Source: a virus | Reading direction: 5' to 3' (one strand) | DNA: 64,000 bases | Virus record (IMG/VR): IMGVR_UViG_3300037395_000062 | Coordinates: 30,110-94,109 of that record | Part shown: piece after piece, positions 16,933-26,039 of the stretch | Layout of the letters: each line of letters opens with the position of its first letter | Position numbering within the stretch: position 1 is the first letter of the stretch | Position numbers and translations under genes: made by a program | The notes under the pieces: model-generated | Seen by the model: the letters and a program-made list of their open reading frames with translations, nothing else | The model's database searches: none | What the model was told of the DNA's origin: nothing

Positions 16933-19900
16933 TCAATCAGCCGCCTCCTTCACGGGTAGCAAAGCCTCGTAAGCCTCGCGCCAGGACCGCAGGTCGACGA
17001 CCCCGAACCGTTCCGTGACGCGGTTGCGTTCGGAGACGCCGTCGATGTCCCACGGCGTCATCGTGGTCCCGTCGATCGGATCCATCTCGACGTCGAGCCC
17101 GGTACGGTAAAGGCACCGCAGCGCCTCCGCCGGTGCCGCGGCCCCCTGCGACCCGACGAGCGAACGCAGCACGACCCGGTCGATGCCGAGACGTCCGAGG
17201 TCCAACGCCAACCGATCCGGATCCCGGATGTCCCACTCCTTGGCGTTCGCCGGAATCGGCGCGGTCAGCCGCAGCGCGAATCCACTCATGTCGGCCGCGA
17301 ACACGGTCTCGCCGCCGTGCGCCAACGCGACGGCGCGCCCGGCCGGTCCAGGCAAGTCGTTGATCGTCAGCACCCGGCGCGCATCGGCGGCGGGGCGGCG
17401 TTCGTTCCAGGACAGCAGTTCGCGATGCAGGCCCGATATCGCCATCCCGCCCTGGGCAAGGCCGATCGCCAGGTCGGGATGCCAGTATGGATCGGGATCC
17501 TTCCACCGTTCGGCGAACCGCGCGTTGTCCTTCCGCAGCCTGGCGAAGTCGGCCTGCGCGTTGGCCGGATCGGTGCGGCTGGTGCCCTCCGGGTGCAGCA
17601 GTTCCGCGGTCATCTCGACGACGTTGCGCAATCCGCGCCGGCGCAGGCGCAGGCAGAAATCGGTGTCGCCGTAGTTCATCGGGAAGGCCTCGGCATCAAA
17701 CCCGCCGACCGCGTCGAATTTCACCCTGGATACCAACATGCAGGCGCCGGTCACGGCCTGCGCCTCGTGCGTCAGCGCGGCGAGCCATCCGTTGCCGGGA
17801 TTGCCGTGCGCCATGCCCTTGAACAGGTGTCCGGCGATTCCCTGGTGGGCGACGACGCCGACGTGCTGGACGACGCCCGCCGGATGCACCAGCTTGGCGC
17901 CGACCGCACCCACATCGGGACGCACCGCATGGCCCATCATCGCATCCAGCCAATTCGCGGCACCGACGCACACGTCGTCGTTCAGGAACAGCAGGTAGCT
18001 TCCCAACGCATGGTTACGGACGACGTCGTTGCAGAGCCGCGACCAGTCGAATACGCCGTCCTGCGCCTCCCACCGTACAACCCTGACACGTGGATCGGCG
18101 AGTGCGTTTGAGCCAAGCTCCGGCTCGGACAGCGGACCGTTCTGCACCACGATGATCTCGTAGTTCGGATAGGCGGTATGCTGGCGCACGGTGTTGACGC
18201 AAGGCTGGATCAGCCTGCCTTTACCGAGCGTCGGCACGATGATCGAGACGAGAGGGTGATCTTCCGGAAACGCTCGATTCCGCACCACCGACAGCGTGCC
18301 AGGCAGCGTCGGATTCGCGGTCACCGCGACGCCTGCCGCATAGAAGGATTCGATCGCCATCTGCCGTGCCAAGGTATACATCGCCACGTCCTCGGGCTCC
18401 GGTTCCCGCACCGTGGCGACGGTCTTCGGCAGGTGCCTGATAACCTGTTGCGGATGGCCGAAATGTTCAGCGGCATGCAGAAGGAAACCATACAAGTCTA
18501 CCCTGCTGCTAACCTGAGTCAGGTATCGCGTACGCACGGCGCATACCGGCGTGACGTAGTCGCGTGCCAGGAACAATTCGAGGTCGAAGTCCGGCTTCAG
18601 ATCCGGATATACGCCGCCTTTGCCATCGCCGATATCGTTGTCGGCATAGATGGCGCAAACAACATCGTCGGCGTCCGCGCACGCGGCGATAAGCGTCGCA
18701 AACCCGTTTTGTTTCCACGTCACTGAACCGTCCGTGAAGACTACCCAGTTCGAATCGACCGATTCGATGCCGACTCCGAACTCGCGCATCGAAACGAATT
18801 CCCATTCCGTGGATCGCGTCTTCGGTTCCGGCAGGTCTCCCTTCAGCATCGCCCACGAAGCGTAGTCGTGCCCGAATCCGGCAGTGCCAGGCTGCGGTCC
18901 GGCCCACTGCAACCGCAGGAACGCCAGTTCGATATCGGAGCGCTCGCGTTCGGTCAGCATCTCGCCGGCGATGCCGTTCTGTCCTAGGTAGCCGCGAAGG
19001 TGCATCCGCTGCACGCCACCCTGGGTCGGCGGCATCGACGGCACCACCGAGGCCGCGTACGCATCGGCCGCCTGCATGTTGCGGAATCCGCGTGCCGCGG
19101 CCCGCAGGCCCCACTCCATGATGGACTGTTCCTCGTTGCCGCCGCAGCCGTCAACGTCCGGCCAGCCGATCGCGGCTAGCGCGCGCGCCGACAGCAAGCT
19201 ACACGGACCCAACGGGGTGCCGACGATGAGCCTGCGGCCCGGCATATCCGCGCGCACGGCTGCCGCCATCGCCGCCGCGGTATCGGCCGATATCTGCGTC
19301 CAGGTATCGAGTCGCGGGAAGGCGTTCGGTCCGTCGCTGGCGAGCGGGATCGCCGACGCCACGTCGTCGGTTTGCGAAATCGCCGATCGCATCGACCGCC
19401 AACTGTCGTCGTCGAGCGCGGTGCCTGGACGCAGCCATAACACGTCGGCACCCGTTGGCGCCGCGCGACGGCAGGCCTCGATCAGCGACGACTTGCGGGG
19501 CGCATTGCGTACGCAGCGTGGCATGTCGCCCGCATCCAGCGGAAGCGATACGACCACGTCCTCTTCGCGCTTTCCGGCCCTGCCCACCTTCCACCGGATA
19601 TCCGTCGCGCGGTTTCCCGGCAGCCAAGCATCGAGCCGCGCGTCGATTCGCTTCTCGAGCGTGTGGTTCTTGCGCACCCAGGCGAGCAGCGCATCCGCGT
19701 TGACCTGCCGTTCGATCGACGGTGCGGCCATGAACGCCCGTATGGCCGCGATCCAATCCTGCGCGGTCTCGGCGTAGGCGAACACCGGCGGATCGCCGTC
19801 GGTATAGGACGTCGCGCGCTGGGCGATAACGCAAGCGCCGACCATGCCCCCCTCGATCAGCCGCAGGTTCGACTTGCATTCGTTGAACCGGTTGGACTCC

Positions 19901-20616
19901 AGCGGCGCCAGCACCAGGTCGAGATCGAGTTGCAGCATCTTCAACTGGTACTCGTGCGCCGGCACGCCGGGATGGAATTCGGTGCGAACCGGTGGGTTCT
20001 TTGGTTGGGTCCCGAAGAACACCCACTCGACATCCTCGCCAATCGCCTCCATCGCAGGGCGGATCAACTCGAGATCGCCGTCGTGGGATATGCCGCCCAC
20101 GAAGCCAATGCGTAGCCGTCCTTCGGAGCGCATGACGCGCGGCCGCAGCGCCATCGCGGGAATCGCGTTCGCCACCGTCCGCACGTCGACGCAACCCAAC
20201 TCGTCGCGGAACCACGCAGCCAACGGTTCGGTGGACGTCGTCACCCGGTCGCACAGTTTCGCCGCCCTGGCGATTCTGGCGGGTATTCCCGGTGGCATGA
20301 AACCGCGATGAAAACTCGCTTCGGGGATCTCGCCCAGGAAGTCGTCGAGTTCGTAGACCAGCAGCGCGTCCGGCAGCGCCTCGCGGATCGCGGTCATAGC
20401 GGCGACGTGGTTGTCCTCCATGTAGCGCTGGAACACGACGACGTCGGGTGCCGCCGCCACGATCATCTCCAACGGCCACATCGCGATGTCGAGCCTGCCC
20501 TCCGCATGCCCGCCGACGACCATCGACATCAGCGGTACGGCCATGCGGTGATATCCGCAGCCCTGCCGATCGCCTGCGAATCCAAGCACGAAAGGCGGTC
20601 TTACTCTCTCCGTCAC
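16933..20616 (-). CDS. Multidomain glycosyltransferase (GT4-like + degenerate GT2 + GT2), flagellin-glycosyltransferase-like
   Basis: N-terminus GCGYHRM..QR..VYELDD..APLESNRFNECKSNLRLIE; C-terminus PLVSIIVPT..FLNDD..VGAVGAKL..AVTGAC..GGFD..DTDFCLR. Confidence 0.9.
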   Translation of the reverse strand: MTERVRPPFVLGFAGDRQGCGYHRMAVPLMSMVVGGHAEGRLDIAMWPLEMIVAAAPDVVVFQRYMEDNHVAAMTAIREALPDALLVYELDDFLGEIPEASFHRGFMPPGIPARIARAAKLCDRVTTSTEPLAAWFRDELGCVDVRTVANAIPAMALRPRVMRSEGRLRIGFVGGISHDGDLELIRPAMEAIGEDVEWVFFGTQPKNPPVRTEFHPGVPAHEYQLKMLQLDLDLVLAPLESNRFNECKSNLRLIEGGMVGACVIAQRATSYTDGDPPVFAYAETAQDWIAAIRAFMAAPSIERQVNADALLAWVRKNHTLEKRIDARLDAWLPGNRATDIRWKVGRAGKREEDVVVSLPLDAGDMPRCVRNAPRKSSLIEACRRAAPTGADVLWLRPGTALDDDSWRSMRSAISQTDDVASAIPLASDGPNAFPRLDTWTQISADTAAAMAAAVRADMPGRRLIVGTPLGPCSLLSARALAAIGWPDVDGCGGNEEQSIMEWGLRAAARGFRNMQAADAYAASVVPSMPPTQGGVQRMHLRGYLGQNGIAGEMLTERERSDIELAFLRLQWAGPQPGTAGFGHDYASWAMLKGDLPEPKTRSTEWEFVSMREFGVGIESVDSNWVVFTDGSVTWKQNGFATLIAACADADDVVCAIYADNDIGDGKGGVYPDLKPDFDLELFLARDYVTPVCAVRTRYLTQVSSRVDLYGFLLHAAEHFGHPQQVIRHLPKTVATVREPEPEDVAMYTLARQMAIESFYAAGVAVTANPTLPGTLSVVRNRAFPEDHPLVSIIVPTLGKGRLIQPCVNTVRQHTAYPNYEIIVVQNGPLSEPELGSNALADPRVRVVRWEAQDGVFDWSRLCNDVVRNHALGSYLLFLNDDVCVGAANWLDAMMGHAVRPDVGAVGAKLVHPAGVVQHVGVVAHQGIAGHLFKGMAHGNPGNGWLAALTHEAQAVTGACMLVSRVKFDAVGGFDAEAFPMNYGDTDFCLRLRRRGLRNVVEMTAELLHPEGTSRTDPANAQADFARLRKDNARFAERWKDPDPYWHPDLAIGLAQGGMAISGLHRELLSWNERRPAADARRVLTINDLPGPAGRAVALAHGGETVFAADMSGFALRLTAPIPANAKEWDIRDPDRLALDLGRLGIDRVVLRSLVGSQGAAAPAEALRCLYRTGLDVEMDPIDGTTMTPWDIDGVSERNRVTERFGVVDLRSWREAYEALLPVKEAAD

Positions 20617-20957
20617 GCGAATTTCTCCCTGTACTTGACACCGAACTCCGCGACCGTATCGCGCACGACATCACCGAACATATCGCGCGGGATGCCGGAA
20701 TCCTTCTGGTAGCGCCACGTATCGTCGGTGACCTTGGCGGACGCCGACACCTGCGACAATGCGAATCCACCTTCAACCGCCACCCATGCGAAGTTCGGCC
20801 GTTGCGCCTTCGTCGCCGGGTCGTAGGCCCGGTCACACCGCGCGCAGAACAGTTGCGGCGAGCGCCTGTATTCGATCGGCTTTCGGCCGCAGCAGCGGCC
20901 ATCCGCGTCAAGCGTATGCGGCGGGTGCACCGCGAGAAGGGTCGCCTGGTCGATCAA
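20613..20957 (-). CDS. Hypothetical protein
   Basis: 114 aa, CCGRKP and CARC motifs, 4-bp overlaps on both sides. Confidence 0.6.
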   Translation of the reverse strand: MIDQATLLAVHPPHTLDADGRCCGRKPIEYRRSPQLFCARCDRAYDPATKAQRPNFAWVAVEGGFALSQVSASAKVTDDTWRYQKDSGIPRDMFGDVVRDTVAEFGVKYREKFA

Positions 20958-21442
20958 CCGGACGGTTCCATCCGCTTCAACCCGATCCTCGCCAGTTCAT
21001 CGTCGGAGACGAAGGCGAGCATGTTCGCCGCGAACTGCCGCGCCATCTCCGGCTGCATGGTGCGGAACGACCAGTCGATCGGCAGCAGCAGCAGATAGGC
21101 GTCCGGGTTCGCGGCGGATATCCTGTCCCGCAACGTCTTCACCGCCCGCATGTAATCCAGCGCCTCCGCCATGTCAGGCGGCTTCACCACCACAAAGGCG
21201 AGCCCACCGGCCGGGATCGAGGACACCTCCGTTATCGCTCCGGCCAGCGGATCGCCGATCGACAGCCGGCCCGCGCCTGCGATCACGGTGCCGCCCGTCA
21301 CGCCATGCCCGATCAGGACTTCCGACATGCGTTCGACCGTTTCCGCGACGGATATGAACCAGGGTTCGCCCTGCAGTTTCCGCATCTCCGGATCGAACTG
21401 CTCGATCGCGTCCTTGTCTCCGTCACCGTCGAAACAGGTCAT
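20954..21442 (-). CDS. Hypothetical protein
   Basis: 162 aa with ATGA overlaps. Confidence 0.6.
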   Translation of the reverse strand: MTCFDGDGDKDAIEQFDPEMRKLQGEPWFISVAETVERMSEVLIGHGVTGGTVIAGAGRLSIGDPLAGAITEVSSIPAGGLAFVVVKPPDMAEALDYMRAVKTLRDRISAANPDAYLLLLPIDWSFRTMQPEMARQFAANMLAFVSDDELARIGLKRMEPSG

Positions 21443-23181
21443 ACCGAAGCCTCCGCGCTCGCGGCCTCGGACGCCGAATCACGGCGAACGCCAGAACGAT
21501 GCCCGTGCGCCTGGGATTCCGCGGGGTCGGTCTTGCTCGGAAACGGCGCGCCAACCTTATCCGTATCCTTCGCCGAACCGCCTTCCGTCCCGCCGGTCTC
21601 GGCCGCGTGCATGAGTTCGAGCTGTTTCGTCGCCAGGGTTTGATACACGCCAGCCTTCGCTGGATCCTCCGGACACAACTCCATCAACTCCATAAGAGTC
21701 TTGTACTTCTTCGAAACGCCCTTGGTCAGCGCCGGTTGGTCCACCGCCGTGCGGCTTTCGCGCCACGTGCGCGCAAGCTTGCGCGCCTCGTACTCGCGCG
21801 CGTCCTGCTTCGGCGAAGCGCCGTTGAACCACAGCCGCAGTCGAGGCCAGTTCGGTGCGATCAAATAGTCGTTCATCCGGCTGGCGACGAAGCCGAGCAG
21901 CGGCGGCAGTCCAGGATCGTCGACCCCTGCGGTCTCTGTCGATTCGTTCGGAAGCGGGGCGTTGTCCTTGTGGTTGCCCGAGACGAACAGCCCGAGCCGG
22001 CGGGCGGGGAACTGGCTGATCGCCATGTACAGCCCGCCCATCAGATTCATGTGGTCCTTGTAGCGGAGGTCCTGCCCCTTCATATCCATGAAGTCGAGCA
22101 CGTCGACGTCCCCTTTTTCAGGAACGGACATCACGGGCAGACCCCATACCTTCGACTGCCCGCGCTTCATGTTGGTCCACTCGCGCATCAGCGCATCGAT
22201 CTGGGTCTGGTTCCAGAAGTCGCCCTTCAGCAGCAGCATGCCGTTCGGAATCGAGTTCCTGGTAAACGAATCTGCATTGAGATCGATCCCGCTCTGGAAC
22301 GCCTGGATCATCCGCACGCCGATCTCCAGTTCGGTGAACCCGTAACCCCATGCGGACGGATCAGTGCGTGGATTGCGGATGGCGAAGAACAGCTCGTCGC
22401 GGGTGAACGGCCGCACGGGGTTTCCCGTGTCGTCCACCATGGCGCAGAAGTACCGCGGGTCGTTGGCATAGCCCTTGCCTGGGATCGCGAGCCGAATGTT
22501 GCCCGCCGGCAGGTTGGCGAACGCCTTCACGTTGCCCAACCTAGTCATATCGGTCCAGACGGCCCAGCCGTCGTACGTGAAGGTATCGTCGACGAAGGTG
22601 CGCAGGAAGATGTCGAGGGGGTGCAGGTTGTGTGCGTCGCGTTCGCGGGCGTCGGAATAGCTGGATTCGCGGTTGCAGTTCCAGACGAAGCGCTGCGCGT
22701 CGCGGATGTCCTTCCTGTCCTGCTCGGTCGGTGTCTCGTCGCGGTCGCGCAGGCCGATCTCCCAGCCGGGCTCCCAGATCTGGTTCGACAGGCCAGAGTA
22801 GCGCGCGAGGTCGGCGACCCGGGAGCGGATGACGAGTTGGGGGACGATGTTCTCGCGCCGGATCTTCTGCAGGCTCTCGGGTGCGATCCCCGGCCACGGC
22901 AGCAGCCCCGCGTTGGCGGGATCCGGCATGAAACTCATGGTGGCGTACGAATAGGCCTGCGGCGGCACGCCGAGCGACTTCACCACCTCGGTGAGCGCGC
23001 CTTCCATATGCCGTGCCACGTCGCCGATGCTCGCGTGCAGGGCGTCGAGATAGGTCCTGGTGTTCAGCACGTGCACCGCGTATTCGGGGTTCGGCGTCGG
23101 CAACCTGGCGCCTTCGATATGGTCCGGCAGCAATGCGTTGATGTCGAACGGCCCGGACGGTGGTGCGGTGAGGGTCAGCAT
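21439..23181 (-). CDS. Portal protein
   Basis: FLRTFVDDTFTYD...FTRDELFFAIRNPRTD..GYGFTELE..F..NSIPNGML is typical of Herelleviridae-like portals. Confidence 0.88.
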   Translation of the reverse strand: MLTLTAPPSGPFDINALLPDHIEGARLPTPNPEYAVHVLNTRTYLDALHASIGDVARHMEGALTEVVKSLGVPPQAYSYATMSFMPDPANAGLLPWPGIAPESLQKIRRENIVPQLVIRSRVADLARYSGLSNQIWEPGWEIGLRDRDETPTEQDRKDIRDAQRFVWNCNRESSYSDARERDAHNLHPLDIFLRTFVDDTFTYDGWAVWTDMTRLGNVKAFANLPAGNIRLAIPGKGYANDPRYFCAMVDDTGNPVRPFTRDELFFAIRNPRTDPSAWGYGFTELEIGVRMIQAFQSGIDLNADSFTRNSIPNGMLLLKGDFWNQTQIDALMREWTNMKRGQSKVWGLPVMSVPEKGDVDVLDFMDMKGQDLRYKDHMNLMGGLYMAISQFPARRLGLFVSGNHKDNAPLPNESTETAGVDDPGLPPLLGFVASRMNDYLIAPNWPRLRLWFNGASPKQDAREYEARKLARTWRESRTAVDQPALTKGVSKKYKTLMELMELCPEDPAKAGVYQTLATKQLELMHAAETGGTEGGSAKDTDKVGAPFPSKTDPAESQAHGHRSGVRRDSASEAASAEASV

Positions 23182-23325
23182 GGCGCTACCATCGCTAGAG
23201 CGACCATTGTAGATACAATCCAACGGCTAGAAAAATGGCGAATATAACTACGCCAACCGTAAGACCACCTAAGATTCCCCGAAGGAAGTTTCCATTGCCC
23301 GCATGGTGTTTGCGCCGTGGAACCA

Positions 23326-24015
23326 TCAGCATCCGATCATGTCCTCCAGCCTGCCGTAGCGTTTCTCGACCTCTGCGACGAAGCGTTCGGCATCGGAGAA
23401 GGCGGCCTTTACCTGATCGTCGCTCCGCGATTCCGCGTTAGCGAACAGCAGCGCGGCCATGGCAACAACCGCGATATCCCGCGGTTTAGGTTCAGGCATC
23501 AGAGTTGCCTCTGTTTGCGGTATCAGCGCTGGTTGTTCCAGCTTTTGACGTCCGCCTCCATGGCAACCCGCAGACCCTGCTTGGTCAACGATTGCCATCC
23601 GTTCGTACGGAAGGCCAATCCCTTGTCGACCAATTCGTCGCGTCCAGACTTCGCTATCAGGTTGCCGTCCCAGACTGGCCCCGTGACGAAGAACTGCATC
23701 ATCACTTCCTTGGCCGCACCCGACAACCCATCGAACACAGCCTGGATCGAATGCAACAGTATCGCGGTTGGAATCACGGCACGTACCGTTTCGTGCCTCC
23801 ATTAAGTTTGAGAGCCAGTCACCCTCGAACCATGTTGTTGCGCCATCCTTACGTCGCTTTATGTCAATCTGGCTGCGAGGATGAAGCTCACCCAGCAAGT
23901 CCCTGCCGTCAACATGCGAAAATGTCTGCGTAACCATCTCGTCAAATCGACGCGCTTTTTCTTCCTGGGATAGCTCCAGGAACGATTCGGCGCTCAGTTT
24001 CTGGATGTCATACAC
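23326..24015 (-). CDS. Cluster of short hypothetical ORFs (229-aa frame with internal ATG at 23499, plus overlapping 84-aa ORF 23523..23777)
   Basis: Gene boundaries are ambiguous; probably 2-3 small genes. Confidence 0.4.
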   Translation of the reverse strand: MYDIQKLSAESFLELSQEEKARRFDEMVTQTFSHVDGRDLLGELHPRSQIDIKRRKDGATTWFEGDWLSNLMEARNGTCRDSNRDTVAFDPGCVRWVVGCGQGSDDAVLRHGASLGRQPDSEVWTRRIGRQGIGLPYERMAIVDQAGSAGCHGGGRQKLEQPALIPQTEATLMPEPKPRDIAVVAMAALLFANAESRSDDQVKAAFSDAERFVAEVEKRYGRLEDMIGC

Positions 24016-25141
24016 AAACCGTCTCCTTGACGAAATACGCCTTGCCCTGCGCGGTCAGTTCGATCCGGCCGCCCAGCGCGTCGTCGACCGCCTTGCGCAC
24101 CCCCGCGGTAGCGTCGTAGTCGTCGAACAGCATGGTTCCGCCCTCGACGAGAAGCGGCATGAAGCGCTCGATCACCGCCGCCGCGCAGCGATACTGGTCG
24201 CAGTCGACATGCACGAAGGCGACCGGCCCGAAGGATTCCGGCATCGTCGCAGGGAACACCCCGGCATGGTATTCCGCATCCGGCACTGCCGTGCGGACGG
24301 CGTCGAGCGAGACATCGGCGAAATCGCCGATACCGTGAACGTCATCCTCGACATCACGCTCCGGAATACCCTCGAACGTATCGAACAGGTGCAGCCTGCA
24401 GCCGCGCGTCTTCGCCAACCTGGACAAATGCCAGGCCGTGCCGCCCTTGTAGACACCCACCTCGACGAAGTCACCTTTCGGCGCGGACTTCGCAAGCCGC
24501 AGCAGCGTAGCGAGGGTGTCCGCGCCGAGCAGCGTCGGCGGCGCCACATCCAATGGCGTCATCACCGCATACCCCTCGTGCCGGTAGTCGAAACTCACGG
24601 CATGCGTGGCGCCCAGGATATCGGCGAAGAACCCGGCGTCGCGCCGGCGCGGCAGCAGATGCCGGATCCCGGCCGGGGCGTTGCCGTGCCCGAAGGCGCC
24701 GTCGAGCCAAATGCGCAGGTCGTCGGCGATCACTACATCGCGACAGCCGCGCAGCCCGGAGAGGATCGAAAGTTCGCGGCTCAACGGCAGGCGCCGCGCC
24801 GGATCGGTCTCCGCGCCGTAGCCCTTCAACCCGTAGTCGGCACCGGGGAAGTGCGCGTCGAGCCAGAACAGGATCGGCTCCTCCCGCGGGATCAGGTCGC
24901 AGACCACCGAGAGGAACGTCTCGCTGTCCACGCGATGCACGGTTATCCTGGAATCCGATTCGAACGCCTTCGACGCGGCATCGGCCAGCGACGGCTCCAC
25001 CTCGCAGGAGCACAGCGTGCGGAACATGAACCGCGCGGCATGGGCAAGCGACTCGCCGCGACCGGTGCCGGTCTCGACAAAGTGCAGCAGACCGTACTTC
25101 GCGATCAGCGCGCCGAGGTCGAATTGGGTCAGGCTACCCAC
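24008..25141 (-). CDS. Double methyltransferase: SAM-MTase-like domain + TylF/MycF sugar O-methyltransferase
   Basis: N-terminus FVETGTGRG..FWLDAHF..ADD; C-terminus GDFVEVGVYKGG..LFDTFEG..HVDCDQY..GGTMLFDDY. Confidence 0.85.
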   Translation of the reverse strand: MGSLTQFDLGALIAKYGLLHFVETGTGRGESLAHAARFMFRTLCSCEVEPSLADAASKAFESDSRITVHRVDSETFLSVVCDLIPREEPILFWLDAHFPGADYGLKGYGAETDPARRLPLSRELSILSGLRGCRDVVIADDLRIWLDGAFGHGNAPAGIRHLLPRRRDAGFFADILGATHAVSFDYRHEGYAVMTPLDVAPPTLLGADTLATLLRLAKSAPKGDFVEVGVYKGGTAWHLSRLAKTRGCRLHLFDTFEGIPERDVEDDVHGIGDFADVSLDAVRTAVPDAEYHAGVFPATMPESFGPVAFVHVDCDQYRCAAAVIERFMPLLVEGGTMLFDDYDATAGVRKAVDDALGGRIELTAQGKAYFVKETVCV

Positions 25142-25787
25142 CTATACGGCCCCAAAACGCGTCCAGATGCACCGCAAGCAGTTCCCGGATCGTTTCCTCG
25201 GGAAGTGCTGCAATCACGTCCATCCAGGACTTGCAGTCCTTCCAGTTCTCATTGACGCCAAGGTCGACGATTTTCGCTTTTCGCATCGCAACATACGCCG
25301 CCGAAAAATCGCCGTCCGGATCAGACGACCTGTCGATAGCCTTGAAAAGCTTGGCTTGACTAGCCGGAAGATACGCCATAGTACGCCCAAACAGCGGCGT
25401 CGCCGCACGTGTCTCCGGGCAATCCCCCCATTGCGCGGAGACGACGTACTCGACAACCGACAAGCATGGCGACGCCAAGTCACGCGGCATCGAATGCAAG
25501 TTGATGTCAAGGTCGAGCAGCGGTAACGTACCGTCCTCTGCGGGCGGCGGGATATCCGGAGATTCGACGATAACCTCGAAATACGGTGCGTCATGCATGT
25601 CGCACGGAATCGACGAAGGTGCCTGAAAACCGATGATGCGAGTCATGCGAGGCAGCGCAGTCAACCCCTGCTCGAACAGCGTTCGCATCACCCGAATGCG
25701 GCCGCGTCGACGGTCCGCGACGAGCCCATATCGCTCCTCGTCCTGGATACGTTGACGTTCGCTCCATCCAGTCATGTCGGTCGGCAT
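25134..25787 (-). CDS. Hypothetical protein
   Basis: 217 aa with an RBS, overlapping the next gene. Confidence 0.55.
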   Translation of the reverse strand: MPTDMTGWSERQRIQDEERYGLVADRRRGRIRVMRTLFEQGLTALPRMTRIIGFQAPSSIPCDMHDAPYFEVIVESPDIPPPAEDGTLPLLDLDINLHSMPRDLASPCLSVVEYVVSAQWGDCPETRAATPLFGRTMAYLPASQAKLFKAIDRSSDPDGDFSAAYVAMRKAKIVDLGVNENWKDCKSWMDVIAALPEETIRELLAVHLDAFWGRIGG

Positions 25788-25805
25788 CGCGGCTACACCC
25801 CTTGT

Positions 25806-25958
25806 TCAGGTTATCGCTGAAGGACAGGCTTCGCGCAACTCTCGTCGCCGCTCGTCTTCGACAAGCATGTCCTCACGCATGAGCCGTTCGGCCTTCGCCG
25901 CGTCGGCCTCGGACGGCGTACCCGTCAGCCACCGCCGCATCGCTTCCAGCCACGCCAT
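25806..25958 (-). CDS. Small hypothetical protein (MAWLEAMRRWL...)
   Basis: 50 aa, GGAGGAGG RBS; translated by hand. Confidence 0.5.
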   Translation of the reverse strand: MAWLEAMRRWLTGTPSEADAAKAERLMREDMLVEDERRRELREACPSAIT

Positions 25959-26039
25959 CGCCGTACGCCTCCTCCGTGCTCACGCGGACGCTAGCAATGC
26001 CGTAAATTCCATGCAAGCCTAGAATATTCACGGTACGCG

